From sequence record SRR31156797_2770: a stretch of DNA of 64,000 nt. The stretch is one strand, 5' to 3'. Below, one piece after another: positions 1-10,405 of this stretch. The position numbers and the translations under genes are program-made. The notes beneath the pieces are model-generated. The model saw only the letters and a list, made by a program, of their open reading frames with translations, had not been told where the DNA came from and ran no database searches. Numbering within the stretch: position 1 is the stretch's first letter; each line of letters starts with the position of its first letter.

Positions 1-993
1 GGTGCTGCTTTCACTACTTGGTTCCGTGCTGCTGGACTCCCCTGGTTCACCGGTTCCGCCACCACCGCCACCATAGCGTGGCGTATAGCCAGTAATACTG
101 CTTGTTCTTGGCACATCATTGACCACGGCATCAAGGATGCCCCGATTGGTATATTGTTCCAATGAACCATCCGTTTCTGTTTTGTAGGTAATGTAGATCC
201 GTTCCTCCGTATCCCGCAAAGGAATTTCAAAGGAGCCATCACTATTTAAAACGATCGGTACTTGCTCAACATACGTTGGGTTGGAAACGCTGGGGCCGTA
301 AACCACTCGGGCAGTCGTACTGATGAGTGTCTGATGGGGACCTAAAATATCAATAAACGTTCCATCTTTGATCGTCACTTGATTTGTATCAAACGAGTTG
401 ATGTACACACGCCAATCAATAATCCGTTTGGGTTCTTGCGTACCTAAATACAGTCCTTGTTTGGTGAGTAAGGCTCCCTCCCCTGTATCATCCACTGCTT
501 GAATAAAAATAGGCACCGATTGCGTTCCATTTACTGTTTCGAAGTTGATGTTGTTGATTTGGTTCTCTGTCACTTCATCGCTGAACTTTGTCCAAAAATA
601 AAAGTCCCCGTGTACATTGGTATTTTGTTCGACAAATTCCGTGAAAACAAAGGTCAGCTGATTGCCAACTTGGGTAACATTGACCACTAAGTTGTTATTT
701 TCATCGTATAAAGCATACGTATTATTGACGCCTTCAATCTCAACTGGCAAGGTGACAGTCGCTTTGTCACCGGCTTTTAAATCTCCTAAATCCTCCAAAC
801 TCCAGGTCATATCTATTTTGAAGGAATCATCCTTTTCAATACTTGTGATGACCTCGTTGCGGCTATTAACGATCGATACATTTGTGATCAGGTTGGCACC
901 CACATCGGTTTCCCCATAAACAATCCGGATACCAGCAAATAAAGGAATCAGCAACAGTAAGACTGCAAATGCTTTTCCAAGTCGTGTGATCAT
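1..993 (-). CDS. Secreted/surface adhesin-like protein (Ig-like/collagen-binding-type N-terminal domains); 3' end runs off the window
   Basis: Not in ORF track. ATG at 993 after RBS GAGGGAGGAG; N-terminus MITRLGKAFAVLLLLIPLFAGIRIVYG is signal-like; later LKAGDKATVTLP; the same frame at the window edge reads GYTPRYGGGGGGTGEPGESSSTEPSSESST. Confidence 0.75.
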   Translation of the reverse strand, partial: MITRLGKAFAVLLLLIPLFAGIRIVYGETDVGANLITNVSIVNSRNEVITSIEKDDSFKIDMTWSLEDLGDLKAGDKATVTLPVEIEGVNNTYALYDENNNLVVNVTQVGNQLTFVFTEFVEQNTNVHGDFYFWTKFSDEVTENQINNINFETVNGTQSVPIFIQAVDDTGEGALLTKQGLYLGTQEPKRIIDWRVYINSFDTNQVTIKDGTFIDILGPHQTLISTTARVVYGPSVSNPTYVEQVPIVLNSDGSFEIPLRDTEERIYITYKTETDGSLEQYTNRGILDAVVNDVPRTSSITGYTPRYGGGGGGTGEPGESSSTEPSSESST

Positions 994-1203
994 TGGTCTC
1001 CTCCCTCAAATAAGTGCTTCCCTAAATCCATCGACCGCAGCCTTCACTGTACTCGAAATGAATTTTGCATCTGACAGTTGTCGTGTTCTAACAGTGTCTC
1101 TTCGTTTGTTTGACAAAATGAGCGTTACTTAATTTTATCTGCTTTTCAATGATTTGCACAATTAAAAGGCTTCATGGATAGAAATTTAGACAAACTAGCT
1201 AAT

Positions 1204-1248
1204 AAAAAGCCAAATCCCAATCAGTACAAACTGAAAGAGATTTGGCTT
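1204..1248 (-). terminator. Intrinsic terminator of the Bce-type ABC operon
   Basis: AAGCCAAATC...GATTTGGCTT stem with T-tract on minus strand. Confidence 0.75.
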
Positions 1249-1258
1249 GAAGAATAAA

Positions 1259-3349
1259 TTACTCTGTAGGATCGGCGATCCTATCAATTTGCTGGAAGTA
1301 TCGATATTGACAAATCAAGTAAAAAACGATTTGAAAAATCAAAAAGAGACTAGCGATCACACCGTAGTATTGCCAAACAGGCAATTCTACTAAGATACGC
1401 AAAGCGGTCATCGCTACCGCGAAATGGATCATTGCAACGACTGTTGGCAAGAAGTACATTACTTGCAGCTGGCGTCGCAGAACTTTGTGCCGCTCCTTCG
1501 GCGACACACCTAAAATATGCAAGGAACGATGGTACGCCCCATCTTTATCTAAATCTGCAAATAAACGGAAATAGATAATCGAAGCGGAGAAAATAAAGAA
1601 AACCGAACCCAGTAATACCGTGATCATTAAAATGATGCCATTTCCCTGACGATTTTCTTGGAAAACTTGGTATTTCGAGGTATAAGACGTACGCATCGGA
1701 ATGTCTTTTGCCGCTTCTGACCACTCTTCATCCGTATAGTCACCTTTGGCTTCAAACTCCTGACTGAGCTCTTCGTATTGCTGATCGATCAAGGCATTTT
1801 CTTTATCTAAATCCCCATTGAAATCAGATACCAATTCAGGTGTTTCAGCCCATTCTGGATAGTCTAACCAAATAAAACCAGATTCCATATCGTCGGTGGA
1901 TTTTTGCAAGAGGGCTTGCCACTCCTCAAAGGTTTTATCTGTCACAACTGACAGTCCAAAGTAATCCAGAGAAAGCATTGAGGGACTGTGGACAATCGTA
2001 ACATCTTTTTTTATACCGGTCTCTGATCCCAATTCGATTGGATAGATACTTGTACGTTCGTTCTCAGGGACTTCTAGAAGCTGTTTTCGACGTGAATAAT
2101 TAGCACTAAGTGTCATTATTTGATTATCTGCAACAGAATCAGCTTCCTCACCAATTTGTTTCATCATTTTCTGATAGTCGCTTTCTCGCATAATTGAAAA
2201 GCCATTCGTCGTATAGAATGAATCATTCGTAACTGCAGATTCATCAAGATTCGCATATGCCCATAGTAAGGAAACACTATCCGTTACAGGCGCATACCCT
2301 TTTTCTTCTATAGCAGTTTTAATTTCGTTTACTTTTCCCTCGGTATGATCGAGGTCTTCTGGCCCAGACCACGGAAATACATAGGCTACACTAATTCCTT
2401 GGATCGAAGAAAAAGAAGAACTGCCAATCGCCAGCATCACGGAAATCCCAACGAATGCCACGGAGGTACTAATAGCAATCAGACTATACATCGCCGCATT
2501 GTCTCGCATGCGAAAAATCCATTCGCTGATAGTCAGCATCCGAGTCCCTCGTAAGAAGGTCGGGCGTTTCTTTAATCGTTTCAATAGAAATACGCTGAAC
2601 TGATGGAATGACAAAATCGTGCCCGCAACAGTCAACAAGACTCCTAGCATAAGCGGCAGCATCGAGTACGTTTGGTAGCTAAAATAAAAGACCGATCCAT
2701 AGCCAATTAGTAACAGCACAATTCCTGAAAAAGCCAATGCCCAATGGCTTTTTGGTTCAGGACGTGGCTTTTCATTTTCCTTGATCAATGAGATGATCTG
2801 TTCTCCTTGCAAGGCGCGGGTACTGAAAAAGGAGATCAAGAGAAAAATAAAGACATAGATCCCAAAGGTCAATCCTAAACCTTCCATAGGAACCATAAAT
2901 TTCAGTCCTTCTGTTAGATACATGACATTTTGCGCAATCAGCAGCAATAATTTCGTCAATAAAATCCCTAACCCAATACCGGTCACTGTGGCACAGGTTC
3001 CTAAAAGGGCATTTTCGACAAACAAAATCTTTCGCAGATCTTTTTCTTCGATCCCCAAAATCAAGTAGATTGCCAGATCACGTTTGCGTCGTTTTAAAAA
3101 GACCACAAATGTATACCATAAAAACAACAGCGACAGTAAAGCGATCACCACAAGTGCGACGGATAGACCGACCTTCGCCAATTCTGAAAGTGTACCGCTA
3201 TTGGACAAATTTTCTTCCAATTGCGGATGAAAGAGCAAAAGACTAAAGATATAAAACACCATCGCCGCAAAGGCGCTACTGACGAAGTAGGCCGCATAGG
3301 TTCGAAAATTCCCCCGCAGATTACGAATGATCAACTGTCTGAAATTCAT
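1259..3349 (-). CDS. BceB-type (FtsX-family) peptide-antibiotic ABC permease
   Basis: 696 aa, about 10 TM segments with one large extracellular loop; KRRKRDLAIYLILG motif; follows the ATPase gene. Confidence 0.9.
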   Translation of the reverse strand: MNFRQLIIRNLRGNFRTYAAYFVSSAFAAMVFYIFSLLLFHPQLEENLSNSGTLSELAKVGLSVALVVIALLSLLFLWYTFVVFLKRRKRDLAIYLILGIEEKDLRKILFVENALLGTCATVTGIGLGILLTKLLLLIAQNVMYLTEGLKFMVPMEGLGLTFGIYVFIFLLISFFSTRALQGEQIISLIKENEKPRPEPKSHWALAFSGIVLLLIGYGSVFYFSYQTYSMLPLMLGVLLTVAGTILSFHQFSVFLLKRLKKRPTFLRGTRMLTISEWIFRMRDNAAMYSLIAISTSVAFVGISVMLAIGSSSFSSIQGISVAYVFPWSGPEDLDHTEGKVNEIKTAIEEKGYAPVTDSVSLLWAYANLDESAVTNDSFYTTNGFSIMRESDYQKMMKQIGEEADSVADNQIMTLSANYSRRKQLLEVPENERTSIYPIELGSETGIKKDVTIVHSPSMLSLDYFGLSVVTDKTFEEWQALLQKSTDDMESGFIWLDYPEWAETPELVSDFNGDLDKENALIDQQYEELSQEFEAKGDYTDEEWSEAAKDIPMRTSYTSKYQVFQENRQGNGIILMITVLLGSVFFIFSASIIYFRLFADLDKDGAYHRSLHILGVSPKERHKVLRRQLQVMYFLPTVVAMIHFAVAMTALRILVELPVWQYYGVIASLFLIFQIVFYLICQYRYFQQIDRIADPTE

Positions 3350-4097
3350 GACGGCGACCTCCTAAATGTGCTAGGACTTCAAGAATTTTTTGATAAAATT
3401 GCTGTTGATCAGCCCCGCGATAGACTTCGTTATACAGCTTTCCATCTTTGATGAAAACGACCCGATCAGAAAAGCTGGCAGAATAAGGATCATGGGTGAC
3501 CATCATGGTGGTGACCTTAAGTTGCTTGTTCATCTGACTTAGTATTTCCATGACATCTCGTGCTGCCTTTGAATCAAGATTGCCCGTCGGTTCATCTGCT
3601 AAAAGCAATTCCGGTTGATGGATCAAAGCTCTAGCAATCGCAACTCTCTGCTGCTCTCCACCGGAAAGCTGATAGATGCGTTTGTCTTTTTTCTCATAGA
3701 TCCCAAGCTCACGTAATAGCTGTTCCGAACGTTCTTTCATCTCAAGAACCGGCACCCGATCCAATGTCAGTGGTAAAATCACATTCTCAAGCACGCTCAA
3801 TGGCGAAAGTAAATTGTAGTTTTGAAAAACAAAACCTAGTTGCCGACGACGAAACTCCGCGAGTTTTTGCTTAGATAATTCTAGGGGCTGCTCGCCCTTG
3901 ATGATCACCGAACCTGAAGTCGGTTTATCCAATGTTGCCACCAAATTCAGCATGGTGGTCTTGCCACTGCCAGATGGACCCATAATGCTGATAAATTCTC
4001 CTTCTGGCACTTTGAGATCGATTTGCTGTAAAACCTCAACAGACACTTCCCCTGTATAGGTTTTCGATACATTTTTCAATTCTAGTAAAGCCATCAT
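3321..4097 (-). CDS. BceA-type ABC ATP-binding protein
   Basis: Walker A GPSGSGKT, LSGGEQQR, DEPTGNLD; RBS GGAG favours ATG at 4097 or 4094. Confidence 0.92.
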   Translation of the reverse strand: MMALLELKNVSKTYTGEVSVEVLQQIDLKVPEGEFISIMGPSGSGKTTMLNLVATLDKPTSGSVIIKGEQPLELSKQKLAEFRRRQLGFVFQNYNLLSPLSVLENVILPLTLDRVPVLEMKERSEQLLRELGIYEKKDKRIYQLSGGEQQRVAIARALIHQPELLLADEPTGNLDSKAARDVMEILSQMNKQLKVTTMMVTHDPYSASFSDRVVFIKDGKLYNEVYRGADQQQFYQKILEVLAHLGGRRHEFQTVDHS

Positions 4098-4163
4098 CTT
4101 CACTCCTTTGCTACCAGTTTAGCAGGCGGCACCGCAATCAGTTATCGATTTCATGATAGAAAG

Positions 4164-4179
4164 CTTACAAAATTGTAAG
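4164..4179. promoter_or_regulatory. BceR-type response-regulator binding site
   Basis: Inverted repeat CTTACA-AAAT-TGTAAG matching the TNACA-N4-TGTAA consensus, upstream of the ABC ATPase gene. Confidence 0.8.
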
Positions 4180-4186
4180 AAAGTCT

Positions 4187-5134
4187 TTACGTCCGAAACG
4201 TTAATGTAACCGTCGTGCCTAGATTCTCCTTAGAGACCAAAGCGATATCGATATCCAATTGCTTGCTGATCGTTTCGACTAAGTAAAGTCCGATTCCAGT
4301 TGCCTCGCCTGTTTGCCGACCATTCTGACCTGTATAAAAGGGGCGAAAAACCCTTGGCAGATCCGCTTCTGCAATTCCGCACCCTTCATCTGAGATCGTC
4401 AATTTTCTAGAAAAAGGATCGATCTCAAAATAGACCTTACTGTCTGGCTTTGAGTACTTGACGGCGTTGCTGATGAGCTGAAAGAGCAAAATACCTAGCC
4501 ATTTTTTATCTGTTGTCACCGTGATATCTGCTTCACTCATCAGCTTCGGATAGACTTCACTGCGAATGAAATTCCGCTTCTGGTCACCGATACTGTGTTT
4601 TAACAATTCCAACAGTGAGGCTGACTCGATAACGAAGTCCTCCGTGAAATCTTCCAAGCGCACAAAATTCAGCGCAGTCGCCAAGCCACTTTTTAAGCGA
4701 TCTGTTTCAGCCAAAAGATCATAGCTATCGACTTCTTCACTTTCAGCCATTAGCGCCAAAACTGAGACAGGTGTTTTCATTTGATGAACCCAGATATTCA
4801 TGAAACGAATATGATTTTGATGGTGCTGATCTAATTCTGTCAGCCGCTCTTGCTCATGCTGCTCTTGTCCATCGAACTGCTTGCGCCATTGCCTGGAAAG
4901 GTAGCCATTGCTTCGGTGTGTCGCTCTTCCATGCTTGATATAATGATAAAACGTAGTATTGGAAAGGTAATCTGCCAAATAAACAAGAACAATGAACAGC
5001 CCGAATAGAAGCAGACCATAACCAATCACGAGGTAATTTCGATAGCCATCCAACCAAATCACTAAAACGAACAATGAAATGGCTAGGAAGGTAACGAGTA
5101 GTTTAGGTAAATGAACACTTACATATGCTCTCAT
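4187..5134 (-). CDS. BceS/GraS-type intramembrane-sensing histidine kinase
   Basis: Two N-terminal TMs with a short loop, WVHQMKTP H-box, NAVKY, DEGCGI, GIGLYL. Confidence 0.92.
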   Translation of the reverse strand: MRAYVSVHLPKLLVTFLAISLFVLVIWLDGYRNYLVIGYGLLLFGLFIVLVYLADYLSNTTFYHYIKHGRATHRSNGYLSRQWRKQFDGQEQHEQERLTELDQHHQNHIRFMNIWVHQMKTPVSVLALMAESEEVDSYDLLAETDRLKSGLATALNFVRLEDFTEDFVIESASLLELLKHSIGDQKRNFIRSEVYPKLMSEADITVTTDKKWLGILLFQLISNAVKYSKPDSKVYFEIDPFSRKLTISDEGCGIAEADLPRVFRPFYTGQNGRQTGEATGIGLYLVETISKQLDIDIALVSKENLGTTVTLTFRT

Positions 5135-5826
5135 TCTTCTGTACCTACTACCGATAAGGCGTAACCCTTTCCGCGAATCGTTTGGATCGGATCATTGATG
5201 CCCATTGCCGCCAATTTTTTTCGCAAACGGCCAACATTGACAGAAAGCGTATTGTCATCAACAAAACGCTCATCATCCCATAATAGATTTAAAATCCGTT
5301 CCCGTTTGACCATTTCTGGGTGCGCTGACATTAAAAGGGTCAATAATTCTCCTTCTCGAACAGTCAGCCATTCACTGGCTTCACGATAGACCATCTTCAA
5401 CGCTTCCGGATAATAGGTCAATTCGCCAGCTTTCAAGCTTCTCGCCCGATCAGACTGTGCATAATCCCCATAGACTCTGCGAATATGGCTCTTCACTTTA
5501 GCCAGCAGCAAGTCATAAGAAAAAGGTTTGACCAGATAATCATCAGCACCGTATTCTAATGCCATCACTTGGTCCATATTGCCGTCACGTGCGGAGATGA
5601 AGAGAATTGGAACCAATGAATGTTCCCTGATTTTTTGGCACCAATAAAACCCATCATAATAAGGCAGATTGACATCTAACAAAACCAAATCAGGTTGGAT
5701 CAGCAAAAATTCAGCTAAAACCGCAGCGAAATTTTCTGGAACAAAGGTTTGATACGCATAGCGGGATAATTGATTTTCCATCATTTTGACTAACGATTTG
5801 TCATCTTCGACCACGAATATTTTCAT
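5131..5826 (-). CDS. BceR/GraR-type OmpR-family response regulator
   Basis: VVEDD, LLDVNLPYYDGFYWC, TIRGKGY; ATG at 5826 after GGAGGG. Confidence 0.92.
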   Translation of the reverse strand: MKIFVVEDDKSLVKMMENQLSRYAYQTFVPENFAAVLAEFLLIQPDLVLLDVNLPYYDGFYWCQKIREHSLVPILFISARDGNMDQVMALEYGADDYLVKPFSYDLLLAKVKSHIRRVYGDYAQSDRARSLKAGELTYYPEALKMVYREASEWLTVREGELLTLLMSAHPEMVKRERILNLLWDDERFVDDNTLSVNVGRLRKKLAAMGINDPIQTIRGKGYALSVVGTEE

Positions 5827-5988
5827 AGAACCCCTCCTGTTTTCTCTAAAGTTTACCAAAACTACGTGAAAAATACTGCAAAATTCCAGCTTTTTTAAAA
5901 AAAGTACACTTATTTATTGTAAGCAAAATTATTTTATAGTATACTACGTTTTGTGATTAAAACTTACTTAAAGTAAAGGTGGAAAAAA

Positions 5989-6606
5989 ATGAAAAATATT
6001 TTAGTTGTTAAAGCCAATAACCGTCCTGATGGAGTATCTGCAAAAATGTTTGATACGTTCGTTGAAAATCTTGATACGAACAATGTGGACGTTGTAACCT
6101 TTGATGTGTACGCACAACCAATGCCTTATATCGGTCAAACGTTATTTGAAGCATTTGGCAAACTTTCACAAGAACAAGAATTAAACCAAGAAGAACAAGA
6201 ATTGATGACTGTCCGTCAAGACGTGATGAACAAATTCGCAGCAGCAGATACCATCGTTTTCGCTTTCCCAATGTGGAACCTAACGATCCCAGCAGCTTTG
6301 CACACATTCATCGACTATATCTTCCAAGCTGGCTTTACTTTCTCTTATAACGAAGATGGTTCAATGAACCAATTGTTGAAAGACAAAGAAATCGTTCTAT
6401 TGAATGCCCGTGGTGGTGTTTACTCAGGCGAAATGAGCGCAATGGAAAACGCTGTAACCTTTATGGAAAAAGTTTTCGGTGGTATGTTCGGCATGAACAT
6501 CACAGAAGAAGTAATCATCGAAGGTCACAATGCAGATCCTTCTAAAACAGCAGAAATCATTGCTGAAGGTTTAGAACGCGTAGCAGCAGCTGCGAAAAAA
6601 TTCTAA
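5989..6606 (+). CDS. azoR: FMN-dependent NADH azoreductase / quinone reductase
   Basis: FAFPMWNLTIPA, AGFTFSY and ARGGVY motifs. Confidence 0.88.
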   Translation: MKNILVVKANNRPDGVSAKMFDTFVENLDTNNVDVVTFDVYAQPMPYIGQTLFEAFGKLSQEQELNQEEQELMTVRQDVMNKFAAADTIVFAFPMWNLTIPAALHTFIDYIFQAGFTFSYNEDGSMNQLLKDKEIVLLNARGGVYSGEMSAMENAVTFMEKVFGGMFGMNITEEVIIEGHNADPSKTAEIIAEGLERVAAAAKKF

Positions 6607-6621
6607 TCATTGCTATCGATC

Positions 6622-6663
6622 AACTCCTCAACAAAGCACTATTGCTGGTTGAGGAGTTTTTTT
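6622..6663 (+). terminator. Intrinsic terminator after azoR
   Basis: AACTCCTCAAC...GTTGAGGAGTT followed by T-run. Confidence 0.8.
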
Positions 6664-6746
6664 ATCTAAACATGTTGATCGTCCATTGGATCGATAAAAC
6701 AAAGATGCCCCTTAGAACAGAGCGGTCTAAGGGGCTAAATCTCTTT

Positions 6747-7133
6747 TTATTTTGATGCTTTCCAATCAAAAGGCAACAGCTCTTCTATCGTCATGATTTT
6801 TCCTGCTGCGATCATGACCTGCGTGTTGTGGTTGGCAGGATCCAGCTGGCTGATGAATTCACGGCAACGACCACAAGGTGGGATCGGCTCACCTGCCGAA
6901 TTGATTGCAACCATCTGTAACACCCGCTGCTGCCCATCGGTGATCATTTGCGCAGCCGCAGCCTGTTCGGCGCAAAAACCCATGGAACAGCTGGTATCGA
7001 TACAGATCCCTGTATAAATCTGTCCATCTGCAGTAGTCAGAGCTGCCGCAACACTCCCTGCTTCTGCAAATTGAGAGAGCTGTCTGAATCCCAGTTTTTG
7101 TTTCGCGGCATCGATCAGCAACTGAAAGTCCAT
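6747..7133 (-). CDS. Cytidine deaminase-family zinc enzyme
   Basis: CAE...PCGRC zinc motif; ATG at 7133 after GGAGG. Confidence 0.8.
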   Translation of the reverse strand: MDFQLLIDAAKQKLGFRQLSQFAEAGSVAAALTTADGQIYTGICIDTSCSMGFCAEQAAAAQMITDGQQRVLQMVAINSAGEPIPPCGRCREFISQLDPANHNTQVMIAAGKIMTIEELLPFDWKASK

Positions 7134-7178
7134 TTTTCTTCCTCCAATAATAAGCTGGCTCATGGTTAAATGAACCGT

Positions 7179-8072
7179 TTAAGCACCCGCCATGATTTTC
7201 GTCAATAGCTCAGGATCAAAGGTCTTTTCCCGCAGCATCGCGATTTCATAGCCATAAGGGGCTTTTTTATTCTTTTTGTCTTCGCCAACATAGGGTGTTT
7301 CCAAAATTTTCGGTAACGCTGATAATTGCTCATGATGAACGATCTTATTCAAGGCTTCAAAGCCGATCGTGCCAAAACCAATATTCGCATGTCGGTCTTT
7401 GTGGCTGCCCTGTGGATTTTTTGAATCATTGACATGGATGACCTTCAAGCGATCCAACCCGATGATTTTGTCAAACTCGTTTAACACGCCGTCAAAGTCT
7501 TCTTTGACATTGTAGCCAGCATCATTCGTGTGACAAGTATCTAGTGTAACGGATAATTTTTCATTTAAGGTAACGCCATCGATAATTGCTGCCAATTCTT
7601 CAAAGCTGCGACCAATCTCGGTGCCTTTACCTGCCATTGTTTCTAATGCGATCTGGGCGGTTTGATTTTTTTCAAGGACCTCGTTCAAGCCTTTAATGAT
7701 CTGCTTGATCCCAGCTTCGGGTCCTGCACCGACATGGGCACCGGGGTGCAACGTGATTTGAGTTGCACCTAAAGCTTGGGCTCGTTGGATTTCTTCTTGT
7801 AAGAACGAAACGGCAAAGCCAAAGTTTTCTGGTTTGATGGTATTACCTAAATTAATGATGTAAGGGGCATGGACAACGATATTCGAAATTCCCTTTTCCG
7901 TCATAAAATCTTGTCCAGCTGCGATCTGCATCTCTTCGATCGGTTTGCGCCGCGTGTTTTGCGGAGCTCCGGTATAGATCATAAACGTAGTAGCTTGATA
8001 GCTAGCCGCCTCTTCTGCTGCTCCTAAAAGCATTTTTTTGCCGCTCATTGAAACGTGTGAACCAATCAACAT
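7179..8072 (-). CDS. nfo: Endonuclease IV
   Basis: [35 protein letters not shown] at 8072 after AGGAGG. Confidence 0.95.
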   Translation of the reverse strand: MLIGSHVSMSGKKMLLGAAEEAASYQATTFMIYTGAPQNTRRKPIEEMQIAAGQDFMTEKGISNIVVHAPYIINLGNTIKPENFGFAVSFLQEEIQRAQALGATQITLHPGAHVGAGPEAGIKQIIKGLNEVLEKNQTAQIALETMAGKGTEIGRSFEELAAIIDGVTLNEKLSVTLDTCHTNDAGYNVKEDFDGVLNEFDKIIGLDRLKVIHVNDSKNPQGSHKDRHANIGFGTIGFEALNKIVHHEQLSALPKILETPYVGEDKKNKKAPYGYEIAMLREKTFDPELLTKIMAGA

Positions 8073-8160
8073 TTTTCTTTTCCTCCTAAATCTAGTCTTC
8101 TCTATTATCGATAAAAGCACCTTGTAAAGCGATTATTTTGCTCATTGCCGTATTTTTTTA

Positions 8161-9072
8161 TCAAGCGAGTCCAAATAACATCAGGACACCCGTCATTAGC
8201 GGCATACTTATCAAAAAGCTAATGGAAGAAACAAATCCCACCGCCTCTTCCTCCATCCCAGCAATCACGGAATTAATGACCCCAAATAAAGGGATCGGAG
8301 CAAACACTAACAAACAAAGTACTGGTTTTAATAAAACTGGGATCGGTAAAACATAGAAAGCCGCGAACAGCACGAAAGCCAGTCCGTAGCGTAAGCTTAA
8401 AATTTTGATTACCGTTGGCGTAGTGTGCTTCGGTAAGCGGAAATCCAAAAATAAGCCAATCATAAACATGGACAGAAACGTATTTGCGATCCCGATTGGC
8501 TGAACGAGCGCCAAGGCTGACTCGGGAATCCTCCAATCCGCACTGCGGATAATCAGCATCACTAGATAAATGGTAAATGTTGGCGAGCGCAGGAGATTCA
8601 AAAAGATTTTTCCTGGTTCAAACGTCGTCCGCTTTCCAATCAAGAACTCGATGAAAATCGTCGTTCCCCCTGCCAACATGATACTGTTCCCCATATCAAA
8701 CAGCGAAATCAGTGGAATCCCTAAAGGATAAAAACTTTGGGCAAAAGGAATTGCAAAATTGCCGATATTAAATCCTGACCCGCAGTACATAGCAAACTGT
8801 TGCAGCGTGTTCGATTCTTTTTTGGTCAAGAAAAATGCGAAGAGGATCTGGACGATCGTAATGATCAAAGCGATCACAATCAAACTAAGCGCACTGACTT
8901 GTACTTGCATTGAAGCTAAATTCAAAATGATTGCTGCCGGTAACGTCACATTCAAAATAATTTTGGATAAGATCGAGCCATCCGCTTTTGAAAGGACATT
9001 TAGCCGTTTAAGAAAATACCCTAAGAAGATCATGGCAAATAAACCGGCGGCATTCAACACTATATTTCCCAT
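8161..9072 (-). CDS. AEC (auxin efflux carrier)-family membrane transporter
   Basis: About 10 TMs, LNVTLPA and FNIGNFAIP motifs; likely ATG at 9072. Confidence 0.8.
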   Translation of the reverse strand: MGNIVLNAAGLFAMIFLGYFLKRLNVLSKADGSILSKIILNVTLPAAIILNLASMQVQVSALSLIVIALIITIVQILFAFFLTKKESNTLQQFAMYCGSGFNIGNFAIPFAQSFYPLGIPLISLFDMGNSIMLAGGTTIFIEFLIGKRTTFEPGKIFLNLLRSPTFTIYLVMLIIRSADWRIPESALALVQPIGIANTFLSMFMIGLFLDFRLPKHTTPTVIKILSLRYGLAFVLFAAFYVLPIPVLLKPVLCLLVFAPIPLFGVINSVIAGMEEEAVGFVSSISFLISMPLMTGVLMLFGLA

Positions 9073-9104
9073 TCCAACAAAGACCCTTCCTCTACAAAAA
9101 TTTG

Positions 9105-9138
9105 AAAAAAAGCGAACCAACAGGTCGGTTCGCTTTTT
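9105..9138 (-). terminator. Intrinsic terminator after tyrS
   Basis: AAAGCGAACC-loop-GGTTCGCTTT flanked by A/T runs. Confidence 0.75.
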
Positions 9139-9142
9139 GCGA

Positions 9143-10405
9143 TTAAAATGTTAATAAGAAATATTTTTTCTTGCCACGACGAATCACGACGTATTTTCCA
9201 CCGATCCGATCACTTGCTTGGATCTCGTACGTTAGGTCTTGGACGCGTTCCCCATTGATGTAGATGGCCCCATTTTGTACGTCTTCTCTTGCTTGACGTT
9301 TTGATGGTTCGATTTTAGCAGTCGTCAACACTTCAACGATGTTCAAAGAATCATCCGCTGTTACCTGATGACTAGGAACCCCTTTAAAGCCTTGTTCGAT
9401 CTCTTCAGCGTTCAATTCTTTGATATTGCCGCTGAATAAACTTGCTGAGATGCGTACGGCTTGTTCATAAGCCTCTGCCCCATGAACCAAAGTAGTGACT
9501 TCTTTTGCCAAAGCTTTTTGTGCTGCTCGAGATTCTGGTGCAGCGTTAAATTCAGCTTCGATCGCAGCGATTTCTTCTAATGATAAGAAGGTGAAATATT
9601 TCAAGAATTTGACTGCATCACGATCATCCGTATTGATCCAGAATTGGTAGAACTCGTAAGGCGTTGTTTTCTTGGCATCTAGCCAAACCGCATTGCCTTC
9701 TGTTTTCCCAAATTTCGTTCCATCTGCTTTTGTGATCAATGGCATAGTCAAACCGAACCCTTGGACTTCACGCTCACGACGCAATAATTCGATTCCAGAA
9801 GTGATATTCCCCCATTGATCGCTACCACCTAATTGCAACAAGCAACCGTGGTTGTCGTAAAGGTTCAAAAAGTCATAGGCTTGTAAAAGCTGGTATGCAA
9901 ATTCCGTGTAGGAAATTCCTGTTTCGATCCGACGTTTGACACTTTCTTTGCTCATCATGTAGTTGATGGTAAAGTTTTTCCCCGTGTCCCGTAAGAAATC
10001 AATCAGTTTCAATTCCCCTAACCATTCATAGTTATTGGCAATGATGGCAGGATTTTCTTGGTCATCAAAATCAATAAAGCGAGATAATTGGCTTTTGATA
10101 CTTTGTGACCATTCCAAAACGGTATCTAATGTGTTTAATTGACGTTCTTGATCTTTAAAGGATGGGTCACCGATCATTCCTGTACCGCCACCAACTAATG
10201 CGATCGGCACATGTCCGTTTTGTTGGAAACGGCGCAACATCAAAATAGGCAATAAATGACCAATATGCAGGCTATCTGCGGTAGGATCAAAGCCGATATA
10301 TAGTTTCACAGACTCTTCATTTAATTGTTTGGTCAAGGCTGCTTCGTCTGTGGTCTGATGAACTAATCCGCGTTGCTTTAGTTCTTCAAAAAAGTCTGTA
10401 CTCAT
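9143..10405 (-). CDS. tyrS: Tyrosine--tRNA ligase
   Basis: [30 protein letters not shown]-terminal S4 domain; ATG at 10405. Confidence 0.97.
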   Translation of the reverse strand: MSTDFFEELKQRGLVHQTTDEAALTKQLNEESVKLYIGFDPTADSLHIGHLLPILMLRRFQQNGHVPIALVGGGTGMIGDPSFKDQERQLNTLDTVLEWSQSIKSQLSRFIDFDDQENPAIIANNYEWLGELKLIDFLRDTGKNFTINYMMSKESVKRRIETGISYTEFAYQLLQAYDFLNLYDNHGCLLQLGGSDQWGNITSGIELLRREREVQGFGLTMPLITKADGTKFGKTEGNAVWLDAKKTTPYEFYQFWINTDDRDAVKFLKYFTFLSLEEIAAIEAEFNAAPESRAAQKALAKEVTTLVHGAEAYEQAVRISASLFSGNIKELNAEEIEQGFKGVPSHQVTADDSLNIVEVLTTAKIEPSKRQAREDVQNGAIYINGERVQDLTYEIQASDRIGGKYVVIRRGKKKYFLLTF

